Counted from the stretch's first letter, positions 10,636 to 21,109 are shown. The stretch is DNA of 64,000 nt from an uncultured Gemmatimonadales bacterium (GCA_963739455.1 CAVUAK010000001.1:1888001-1952000), one strand, 5' to 3'. Notes: generated by a model not told the origin, from the letters alone. Numbers and translations are program-made.

Positions 10636-11135
10636 GAGCGGTACTTCCTGATCGCGGCGTCCACGGTCGTGCGCTCTTCCTCACTGTCGACGACGATGCG
10701 GAGGGTGTGGGGCGCGCCGGTTGCCCCCTCCTTGCCTGGAAAGCTCTCGCCGAGCAGTTCGGCGGCGTCCTCAATGGAGAGTCGCCCGGGCCCCACACCA
10801 ATCAGTGGCGCGGCGATCCGTTCCAGTTGCCAGGCGGCTGCCTGCTGCCACGCGGTGCGGAGCGCCCGGCGTATGACGTCGAGGCCCCCCGATCCGTCAG
10901 CATCCTGGAGAACGAGGTGCACGACCAGGGGCGCGGAGAGATCCCCACCGCCCGTCACCACCACGGCCCCGGCGCCGAGCGGCGACTGCACCTGGCAGAG
11001 CGTAGCAAAGCGAGCCCCGGCCTGGAGGTCGAGGCGCTTCATCGCCGGGGTGAGTGGAGCGAGGGTATCGTCGGCCGGTCGGAGGACGGCATCAGCCTCC
11101 ACGAAGGCGAGGTCGTCGACCACCACCTCGATCAT
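10632..11135 (-). CDS. Macro domain protein (divergent)
   Basis: MIEVVVDDLAFVEADAVLRPA, GAVVVTGGGDLSAPLVVHLV and IAAPLIGVG match the macrodomain fold pattern. Confidence 0.8.
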   Translation of the reverse strand: MIEVVVDDLAFVEADAVLRPADDTLAPLTPAMKRLDLQAGARFATLCQVQSPLGAGAVVVTGGGDLSAPLVVHLVLQDADGSGGLDVIRRALRTAWQQAAAWQLERIAAPLIGVGPGRLSIEDAAELLGESFPGKEGATGAPHTLRIVVDSEEERTTVDAAIRKYRS

Positions 11136-11929
11136 GGCGCGCTGAGTTCCTTGCTGCGCCGGTACATTGGCATCGCTTCGTCCGGACGTCCCATCCGGTC
11201 GAGCACCCGGCCCATCAGGTAGAAGACACGATCGTTCCGGTCATCCAGCTCGGCCGACTTCCGCAGTGCCTCCAGGGCGGCCGGCAGGTTGCCTGCCTGG
11301 TTCCGCGCTTCGCCAACGTAGAGCCAGGTCTCAGCGTCATCGGGGCGCTGTTCCACCCTGCGCATGAGGATCTGGCCGGCTTCGGCGGCGAGTCCCTTTC
11401 GCAGGAGCACCAGCCCCAGTTCCATCAGGGCATCAGGGTTGGATGGACTGGCCTTGAGCACGCGACGCACATCGGTCTCTGCCTCGGCGAGATCCTTACG
11501 CCGCCGGCGGACACCGGCGCGGGCCAGGAGCACTTCGGGGTTGTCCGGATGAAGCTTGAGTGCGGCTGCCAGCGCGTCGAGCGCGCCGGGGACATCCTGC
11601 TGTGACTCGAGCAGTGCAGCGAGGCCGAGGGCGCCGCCGACGTGGGCCGGGTCGAGGGCGAGGAGTTCACGGAACAGGGCGTCCGCTTCTGAGGCGCGGG
11701 CCTGCTCCACCGCCTCGAGGGCGCGCTGGTAGACGCGGGCTGGATCGATCGGTTCGCTGCTGGGCGCCTCGACCCGGGCATCGGGTGTGGCGCTCGCGGC
11801 GAAGGGACGGAGCGGAAAGCTGGCATCGGGCTGGCGCGGAAGCGGGTCCGCTTCGAGGCCTTCCGTGCCGAAGAATTCGTCGATGGCGTGTTCGCGACCA
11901 CTGCTGCGGCTGTGACGGGTCCGGCGCAT
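11132..11929 (-). CDS. Tetratricopeptide repeat protein
   Basis: Several TPR-like 34-aa helical repeats ending in DP/NP turns. Confidence 0.85.
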   Translation of the reverse strand: MRRTRHSRSSGREHAIDEFFGTEGLEADPLPRQPDASFPLRPFAASATPDARVEAPSSEPIDPARVYQRALEAVEQARASEADALFRELLALDPAHVGGALGLAALLESQQDVPGALDALAAALKLHPDNPEVLLARAGVRRRRKDLAEAETDVRRVLKASPSNPDALMELGLVLLRKGLAAEAGQILMRRVEQRPDDAETWLYVGEARNQAGNLPAALEALRKSAELDDRNDRVFYLMGRVLDRMGRPDEAMPMYRRSKELSAP

Positions 11930-11982
11930 GCGCTGATACGTGCTCCAACTGCTGGGTAGGTACTCTCCGGAATCTTAGCCGC

Positions 11983-12011
11983 TTGAAGCGGTTGCCGGGT
12001 TCGGGTAGCTT
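11983..12011 (+). promoter_or_regulatory. Candidate sigma70 promoter of uvrA
   Basis: TTGAAG-17 nt-TAGCTT, ending 9 nt before the ATG. Confidence 0.5.
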
Positions 12012-12020
12012 TCGGGGCTT

Positions 12021-14874
<2,854 letters not shown>

Positions 14875-14934
14875 GGCGCCCAGCGTTAGCCTTCCGCCGT
14901 TGTGGTTCCGTTTCCAACCCTTACAGCCCAGCCC

Positions 14935-17196
14935 GTGACCCGATTCCAGCGCATCCTCTACGCCGCCTGCACGTTGGCCCTCGTCTCCGCGCCGCTCGCC
15001 GCGCAGACAGACCCGTCACTGCTCAGTGTCCGGAGCATCTACGCATCGCCCGACTTTGCCGGCGAGCGCTTCGGCCCGACTCGCTGGCTGGAGAACGGCG
15101 CCGCATACACCACGCTCGAGAAGTCGGAGCAGGGCAAGGGCCGCGACATCGTTCGGTACGCCACCGAGTCGGCGGCGCGGACGGTGCTGGTGCCGGCGGC
15201 AGCGATCACGGCACCCGGAGACACGGCGGCCCTCGATATCGAGGACTACAGCTGGTCCCCTGATGGCACCAAGCTGCTGATCTTCACCAACTCGCAGCCG
15301 GTGTGGCGGCAGAACAACCGGGGTGACTACTGGGTGCTCGACCGCACCTCCGGGAGCCTGCGGAAGCTGGGAGGGCCCGAGGCCAAGCCGTCGACCCTCC
15401 TCTTCGCCAAGTTCTCGCCTGACGGCGGCCGCATCGGCTATGTGCGCGAGAACAACATCTACGTCGAGAACCTCACCACCGGCGCGATCACGCAGGTGAC
15501 GACGGACGGCGCGAAGATGGTCATCAACGGCACCTTTGACTGGGTGTACGAAGAGGAACTCGACCTGCGCGACGGCTGGCGCTGGAGTCCCGATGGCCAG
15601 CGGATCGCCTACTGGCAGTTGAATACTGATGGTGTGCTGAGCTTTGACATCATCAATGACACCGATTCACTCTACTCCTTCGTGACGCCGGTGCAGTACC
15701 CCAAGGCCGGTGAGACCAACTCCGCGGCGCGCGTGGGGGTGGTGGGCGCGGCAGGCGGCACCACGGTGTGGCTGCCGTTCGAGGGCGATCCACGCGAGCA
15801 CTACCCGGCCCGCATGGAGTGGGCGGACAACTCGAGCGAGCTTGTCGTGCAGCGCCTCAATCGCCTGCAGAACACGCTCGAGTTGTTCCTCGCCGACGCG
15901 TCCACCGGCCAGCTGCGCACCATCCTCACGGAGCGCGACAGTACCTGGGTGAACCTGGTGAACGACCTGACCTGGCTGAACAAGGGGCAGAGCTTCACCT
16001 GGCTCAGTGAGCGGGACGGCTGGAATCACCTGTACCTCGTGTCGCGTAACGGACAGTCGGTCAAGCTGCTCACGCCCGGCGCCTTCGATGTGCTCGACGT
16101 CGTCACCATCGATGACAAGGGTGGCTGGGCCTACTACATGGCGTCACCCGACAACCCGACGCAGCGCTACCTGTGGCGCGTGCGGCTCGACGGCAAGGGC
16201 AAGGCCGAGCAGGTGACGCCGGCTTCTCTCGCGGGCGTAAACATCTACAACATCTCGCCGGACGTGGCGCACGCGTGGCATACGTACTCCAACATGCGCA
16301 CGCCGCCCACGATCGACCTGGTCCGTCTCCCGGCTCATGTGTCGGTGCGGACTGTGGTGACCAACGAGAAGCTGAAGGCCAAGGTGGCGGCCTTGAAGCG
16401 CGGAACCCTCGAGTTCGTGAAGGTGCCGATCGACAGCGGCATCGTGCTCAACGGATACATCATGAAGCCGGCCGACTTCGACCCGTCGAAGAAGTATCCC
16501 ATCCTGTTCCAGGTATACGGGGGCCCTGGCTCGCAGACCGTGGTCGATTCCTGGCAGGGTGCCCAGTACCTGTGGCATACGATGCTCACGCAGCAGGGTT
16601 ACCTCGTCGCAAGCGTCGACAACCGTGGCACTGGTGCGCGTGGGAAGGCGTGGCGCGACGTGATCTACGGCCAGCTCGGTGTAGTCGAAACGAAGGACCA
16701 GGCTGCGGCCGCGAGGGCGGTGGGACGCTGGAGTTACGTGGACTCCACCCGCATCGGCATCTGGGGCTGGAGTTATGGCGGCTTCATGAGCCTCAATGCC
16801 CTCTTCCAGCACCCTGAGGTGTATCGCACCGCAGTGGCGGTAGCGCCGGTGACGCACTGGAAGTATTACGACAACATCTATACGGAGCGGTACAACGGGC
16901 TCCCGAAGGACAACCAGAAGGGCTACGACGCCGGATCACCGCTCTCCTATGTGGACGGCCTGAAGGGCAACCTGCTGGTGATCCATGGCAGCGGTGACGA
17001 CAACGTGCACTACCAGAACACCGAGTCGCTGGTCAACAAGCTTGTCTCGGCGAACAAGCAGTTCTCCATGATGGAGTATCCCAACCGGAATCACGGGATC
17101 TTCGGCGGCAACACGCGACAGCACCTGTTCGACCTCATGACCCGGTACCTGCAGGAGAACCTGATGGCCCCAACGGCGAAGAACTACACCTTCTGA
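14935..17196 (+). CDS. Dipeptidyl-peptidase IV-like S9B serine peptidase, secreted
   Basis: Signal peptide, DPPIV N-terminal propeller (DWVYEEE), catalytic GWSYGG, DDNVH and NHGI. Start uncertain (14902 or 14935). Confidence 0.95.
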   Translation: MTRFQRILYAACTLALVSAPLAAQTDPSLLSVRSIYASPDFAGERFGPTRWLENGAAYTTLEKSEQGKGRDIVRYATESAARTVLVPAAAITAPGDTAALDIEDYSWSPDGTKLLIFTNSQPVWRQNNRGDYWVLDRTSGSLRKLGGPEAKPSTLLFAKFSPDGGRIGYVRENNIYVENLTTGAITQVTTDGAKMVINGTFDWVYEEELDLRDGWRWSPDGQRIAYWQLNTDGVLSFDIINDTDSLYSFVTPVQYPKAGETNSAARVGVVGAAGGTTVWLPFEGDPREHYPARMEWADNSSELVVQRLNRLQNTLELFLADASTGQLRTILTERDSTWVNLVNDLTWLNKGQSFTWLSERDGWNHLYLVSRNGQSVKLLTPGAFDVLDVVTIDDKGGWAYYMASPDNPTQRYLWRVRLDGKGKAEQVTPASLAGVNIYNISPDVAHAWHTYSNMRTPPTIDLVRLPAHVSVRTVVTNEKLKAKVAALKRGTLEFVKVPIDSGIVLNGYIMKPADFDPSKKYPILFQVYGGPGSQTVVDSWQGAQYLWHTMLTQQGYLVASVDNRGTGARGKAWRDVIYGQLGVVETKDQAAAARAVGRWSYVDSTRIGIWGWSYGGFMSLNALFQHPEVYRTAVAVAPVTHWKYYDNIYTERYNGLPKDNQKGYDAGSPLSYVDGLKGNLLVIHGSGDDNVHYQNTESLVNKLVSANKQFSMMEYPNRNHGIFGGNTRQHLFDLMTRYLQENLMAPTAKNYTF

Positions 17197-17210
17197 CCAG
17201 GGGGAGTCTC

Positions 17211-17426
17211 GTGCAGTACCAGGAGATCCTCGCAGTCCTGTCCTACGCCGGAGACCACGGTCATGCGGTGCGGGTAACGACCGACGGTGCCGCCGAGGTG
17301 GTTGGGGTGCCCACCAGCGTCGACGACCACATCACGGCCCATGAGGTCTATCTCCGGCCTGCCGGGGCCGAGGATACCGAAATCTCAATCTCCCTCAGCG
17401 CCATACGGGCGGTCCAGCTGTTGTAG
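17211..17426 (+). CDS. Small hypothetical protein (71 aa, possible Sm/SH3-like beta fold)
   Basis: GGGGGAG RBS before GTG, coding-like codon usage, fills the gap between the peptidase and the array. Confidence 0.65.
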   Translation: MQYQEILAVLSYAGDHGHAVRVTTDGAAEVVGVPTSVDDHITAHEVYLRPAGAEDTEISISLSAIRAVQLL

Positions 17427-17444
17427 CTTTCGCATGTAGCGAAC

Positions 17445-17471
17445 TGAAACATTTGAAACATGCCCCACGTA
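17445..17471 (+). promoter_or_regulatory. Candidate ECF-sigma (SigW/SigM-like) promoter for the paralog array
   Basis: TGAAAC-17 nt-CGTA in an AT-richer spacer; second TGAAAC at 17454. Confidence 0.45.
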
Positions 17472-17536
17472 TCGTGGGGGCGGACAGGACAGGTCGACCT
17501 GCCCGCGACCCGGACGCACCAGCTCAAGGCGGAACG

Positions 17537-17794
17537 ATGGAAGGCATTCTCGCCATCATCTTCATTTTCGGCGGCGGCACGATGTTCCTGCTTGCCACCA
17601 GTCCGATAGGCAAGGCCATCGCCGAGCGCATCCGGAATGCCGGACCTGCGGCGGGCGCCGACCCGGAACTGCTTGCGGACGTGGACGCCCTGCGGCACGA
17701 TGTCGCGGAACTGGCGGAGCGCCTGGACTTTGCGGAGCGCCTGCTCGCGTCGAAGCGGGAGAACATCGAGCAGCTTCCCGGGGGACAGGGTTAG
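17537..17794 (+). CDS. PspB-like membrane/coiled-coil protein, array copy 1
   Basis: MEGILAIIFIFGGG TM, SPIGKAIAERI, ELAERLDFAERLL. Confidence 0.85.
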   Translation: MEGILAIIFIFGGGTMFLLATSPIGKAIAERIRNAGPAAGADPELLADVDALRHDVAELAERLDFAERLLASKRENIEQLPGGQG

Positions 17795-17800
17795 GTCGTC

Positions 17801-18085
17801 ATGGAAGACATCGTCAAGTTCGGTCTGGTCGTCGCGATGCTGCTGGCCGTCGGGACGTTTACGCTGTTCATGATCCCGGTTTTCCTCCGGAACTACCGCA
17901 AGGCTGGTATGGTGGGGCGGGAACCCGGCGAGGAGCTCGATGCGCTGCGCGCGGAAGTCGACGACCTGCGGGCCCTGGCTCCCCGCATGGCCGAGCTGGA
18001 GGAGCGCCTCGATTTCGCCGAGCGGATGTTGACGCAGCAGCGCGAGGGCGCGCACCTGACGGGAGGGCCCGATGCCGCCAGGTGA
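17801..18085 (+). CDS. PspB-like membrane/coiled-coil protein, array copy 2
   Basis: N-terminal TM, ELEERLDFAERML. Confidence 0.85.
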   Translation: MEDIVKFGLVVAMLLAVGTFTLFMIPVFLRNYRKAGMVGREPGEELDALRAEVDDLRALAPRMAELEERLDFAERMLTQQREGAHLTGGPDAAR

Positions 18086-18086
18086 C

Positions 18087-18353
18087 ATGGCGCCGGTCTT
18101 CATCACGAGCCTCATTATCGTGGCTGCGGCGGCGGTACTGATCCTCCGCGGACCGCTCGGGAGGGCGCTGGCTCGGCGCCTGGAGGGTACCGCCGGTCGC
18201 GACGAGAGTGCCGCCGCGGGCCTGGCGGATCGTGTGGCCGAGCTCGAGCAGCGAGATAACCGGTTGGTCGAACTGGAAGAGCGCCTGGACTTTGCGGAGC
18301 GATTGCTCGCCCAGCGCGACCTCGATCGCCTGCCGCGTGGGAGGGACCACTGA
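18087..18353 (+). CDS. PspB-like membrane/coiled-coil protein, array copy 3
   Basis: TM, GPLGRALARRLEG, ELEERLDFAERLL. Start 18072 or 18087. Confidence 0.85.
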   Translation: MAPVFITSLIIVAAAAVLILRGPLGRALARRLEGTAGRDESAAAGLADRVAELEQRDNRLVELEERLDFAERLLAQRDLDRLPRGRDH

Positions 18354-18718
18354 TGTTCCAGACACCACTGCCGGCGCCGCCGGCGCCACCCATGCCGGAG
18401 GCGGTAATCGTGTCGGCCGGTGGCGGCGGTCCGACGCTCTTCGAGGCGGTCTCGATTTGCGTCGTCGCGATTTCGTTCGCATTCGTCGCGTACAAGCTGC
18501 TGATGCCGCTCGTCCGCGCCTTTGCGGCCCGGATCGAGGGTCGCGGGACCAACCCGGCGCTGGAGCAGCGGGTGAACGAATTGCAGCAGCAGCTCGCCGA
18601 CGCCGACGTATTGCAGCACCGGGTCGCGGAACTGGAGGAGCGCCTCGACTTTGCCGAGAGGCTGCTCTCCCAGCGTGAGGAACCGTCACGGTTGCCTGCG
18701 GAAGGCGGGCGGCCATGA
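18353..18718 (+). CDS. PspB-like membrane/coiled-coil protein, array copy 4
   Basis: Pro-rich N-terminus, TM, PLVRAFAARIEG, ELEERLDFAERLL; TGATG overlap with copy 3. Confidence 0.85.
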   Translation: MFQTPLPAPPAPPMPEAVIVSAGGGGPTLFEAVSICVVAISFAFVAYKLLMPLVRAFAARIEGRGTNPALEQRVNELQQQLADADVLQHRVAELEERLDFAERLLSQREEPSRLPAEGGRP

Positions 18719-19098
18719 CGCTCTTCCTGCAGGGAACAACGGTGACGGTGCAGGTACCGCCAATTCCGCCAATCCCGCCGATTCCGCCGATCCCTCCCAT
18801 CCCGGAGATTCAGGTGCTGCCGCCGTGGATGATGATGCCGCCCCAGATGATCGCGCTGATCACGATCGCGGCGGTCGCGGGAGTGGCGCTGGTGCTCTAT
18901 CCCATCGCCAAGGCGCTGGCCCGGCGTCTCGAGGGAAGAAACGCGAGCCCGGAGTTGATGCAGCAGATCGACGAATTGCGTGATCGGGTCCACGATCTCG
19001 AGTCGTCGCAGCATCGCGTGGCGGAACTGGAGGAACGGCTCGACTTCACGGAACGGCTCCTGGCGCAGCGGCGCGACCTCGAACTGCCAAGGAACTGA
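18715..19098 (+). CDS. PspB-like membrane/coiled-coil protein, array copy 5
   Basis: PPI-repeat N-terminus, TM, PIAKALARRLEG, ELEERLDFTERLL; ATGA overlap with copy 4. Confidence 0.85.
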   Translation: MTLFLQGTTVTVQVPPIPPIPPIPPIPPIPEIQVLPPWMMMPPQMIALITIAAVAGVALVLYPIAKALARRLEGRNASPELMQQIDELRDRVHDLESSQHRVAELEERLDFTERLLAQRRDLELPRN

Positions 19099-19101
19099 CC
19101 C

Positions 19102-19377
19102 ATGACTGAAGCCGGCGAGTTCGCGTCCATGCTGGCACTCGGTGCCGGGCTCCTGGGTGCCACGCTGGGGCCGATCGGTCAGGCCTGGGGGCGTCGAATC
19201 GAGGCGAAGATTGCGGGTGGCGGACCCCACTCCGAGGAACTGTCGCAGCGCGTTGCCGACCTCGAGGCATGTGCGCAGCGCGTGGCGGAGCTGGAAGAGC
19301 GAGTGGACTTCGCCGAGCGCATGCTGTCCCAGCAACGTGATGCCGAGCAATTGCCGGCGGGAGGGAAGGACACGTGA
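19102..19377 (+). CDS. PspB-like membrane/coiled-coil protein, array copy 6
   Basis: TM, GPIGQAWGRRIEA, ELEERVDFAERML. Confidence 0.85.
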   Translation: MTEAGEFASMLALGAGLLGATLGPIGQAWGRRIEAKIAGGGPHSEELSQRVADLEACAQRVAELEERVDFAERMLSQQRDAEQLPAGGKDT

Positions 19378-19711
19378 GCGGACGGATCGACAACCGGTAC
19401 CTCATCGTGGCCACGATCCTCGGCCTGGCTGCCATCGGCGCCTTACCATGATGGCGATGACAGATGGGCGAGGACTTCGCCGTCCCGGCCTCATCGCCCT
19501 CGGCGTGGTCGGGGCCGTGATCTTCAAGGGACCGGTGGGGAAGGCGCTCGGGCGTCGCCTCGAGCATGGCGCGCCCGCCGAGCCGTCGCCGGAGTTCGTG
19601 GCGGAGCTGGACGAGATGCGGAGCAGGGTGATGGAGCTGGAAGAGCGCCTGGACTTCACCGAGCGCATGCTCAGCAAGGCGCGTGAACCCGAGCGGATTG
19701 ATGTGCGCTGA
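19374..19711 (+). CDS. PspB-like membrane/coiled-coil protein, array copy 7 (frameshift near 19443)
   Basis: GTGA overlap start gives MSGRIDNRYLIVATILGLAAIGA; another frame continues GLIALGVVGAVIFKGPVGKALGRRLE...ELEERLDFTERML. Confidence 0.75.
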
Positions 19712-19746
19712 AAAATCCCGGGGAAACCGTCATTAGATTCATTGCA

Positions 19747-19761
19747 TGGCACGGGTAGTGC
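19747..19761 (+). promoter_or_regulatory. Candidate sigma54 (-24/-12) promoter upstream of the chaperone-pspA pair
   Basis: TGGCACG-GGTA-GTGC versus consensus TGGCACG-N4-TTGC. The predicted start would fall within the RBS, so this is uncertain. Confidence 0.3.
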
Positions 19762-19782
19762 CGGCTACAGGGAGGCTCGGAC

Positions 19783-20179
19783 ATGGTGACGCGCGAGGAC
19801 ATTCAGAATTGGCTGGAGCGGCTCGATGCGGGCACGCTCGAGGTGCGCGAGGTGGAGCCGGGGTTGTGGATCGCCCGTTCGCCCGGACGGCGCCGAGGTC
19901 GTGGTGAACTTCGCGACGCCGGTGGTGATCCTCCGCGTGCGCGTCATGGAACTGCCCAAGGCAGAGCCCGGTCGCAGTGAACTCTTCCGGCAGCTGCTGG
20001 AATTCAATGCACGCGACCTGGTGCACGGCTCGTACGGGCTCGAGGGTGATCACGTGGTGCTGACCGACACGCTCGAGCTGGAAAACCTCGACTACAACGA
20101 GTTCGAAGCCAGCTTCGACTCGATTACGCTGGCGCTCGCCTCGCATTACTCGGCGCTCGCGCCCTACAAGGAGGCCTGA
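19783..20179 (+). CDS. CesT/YbjN-family (type III chaperone-like) protein; frameshift near 19883
   Basis: GGAGG RBS. MVTREDIQNWLERL...PGLWIARS joins PDGAEVVVNF...LFRQLLEFNARDLVHGSYGL...DTLELENLDYNEF once one extra C is removed. Confidence 0.8.
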
Positions 20180-20185
20180 GTCGCA

Positions 20186-20968
20186 ATGGGGATCTGGGAT
20201 CGCTTCTCCACCATGTTCCGGTCGAACCTCAACGACCTGATCAGCCGGGCCGAGAATCCTGAGAAGATGCTGAACCAGCTGATCGTCGACATGAAGACGC
20301 AGCTGGGGAAGGCCAAGCAGCAGGTGGCCTCGGCCATTGCCGACGAGAAGAAGCTCCAGGCCGACGCCGAGGCGCTGCGGAAGCAGGCCGAGGACTGGGA
20401 GCGGCGCGCCATGCTGGCGGTGCAGGAAGGGAAGGACGACCTCGCCAAGCAGGCGCTCATGCGCTACAACGAGGCGCTTCAGGGTGCCCAACAGCTGCAC
20501 GACACCTGGCTCAAGCACCGGGCCGAGACGGAGAAGCTCAAGCTGTCGCTGCGCCAGCTGAACGACAAGATCGAGGAGGCGAAGCGCAAGAAGAACATCC
20601 TGCTCGCTCGAGCCAAGCGCGCCGAGGCGCAGCAGCGCATCCAGGAAACGATGTCGGGCATGTCCGACAAGGGCGCCTTCGAGTCGTTCGAGCGGATGGC
20701 CGAGAAGATCGAGGCGCAGGAACGGAAGGCCATCGCATCCGCCGAGCTGCAGGAGGAGTTCGAGGGCGACTCGCTCATCAAGCAGTTCGAGGTGCTGGAG
20801 TACCACGGCAGCGCCGACCAGGCGCTGCTCGAGCTCAAGCGGAAGATGGGCGTGCTCCCGCCGGCTTCGGGTGAGAAGGCGAAACAGCTTGGTCGCGGCG
20901 CTGGCGACGTACACGATGCAGAGCTGGTGGATGACACCGGCCAGGCGGACGGCACCACGCACGGGTAG
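20186..20968 (+). CDS. pspA: PspA/IM30 (bacterial ESCRT-III) family protein
   Basis: MGIWDRFSTMFRSNLNDLISRAENPEKMLNQLI, WERRAMLAV..GKDDLAKQAL, FERMAEKIE; long coiled coil. Confidence 0.95.
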   Translation: MGIWDRFSTMFRSNLNDLISRAENPEKMLNQLIVDMKTQLGKAKQQVASAIADEKKLQADAEALRKQAEDWERRAMLAVQEGKDDLAKQALMRYNEALQGAQQLHDTWLKHRAETEKLKLSLRQLNDKIEEAKRKKNILLARAKRAEAQQRIQETMSGMSDKGAFESFERMAEKIEAQERKAIASAELQEEFEGDSLIKQFEVLEYHGSADQALLELKRKMGVLPPASGEKAKQLGRGAGDVHDAELVDDTGQADGTTHG

Positions 20969-20972
20969 CCTT

Positions 20973-21108
20973 GGGTCGTGGGTCGTGGGTCGTGAGGGGC
21001 TTCCATCGGGAGCCCCTCATTGCTTGGCAGGACTCGAGCGTTCAGCGATATTGCCGACCCTCGACTTGTTATTGACGACCACGACTCACGACCCACGACT
21101 CACGACCC
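20973..21108. repeat. Inverted arrays of a 7-bp tandem repeat flanking a hairpin
   Basis: (GGGTCGT)3 at 20973-20993, hairpin TGAGGGGCT...AGCCCCTCA, then about five ACGAC(C/T)C units at 21075-21108. Confidence 0.85.
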
Positions 21109-21109
21109 C

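Noticed and set aside
17868..18800. Minus-strand ORF starting with GGI repeats (collagen/Gly-rich-like)
   Set aside because: It is the reverse complement of the PPI repeat of array copy 5.
17700..19680. A roughly 39-bp quasi-repeat recurring every 260-400 bp, considered as a CRISPR, DGR or cassette array
   Set aside because: The repeats are in-frame coding motifs with synonymous variation; spacing is too long for CRISPR, and there is no cas, RT or integrase nearby.
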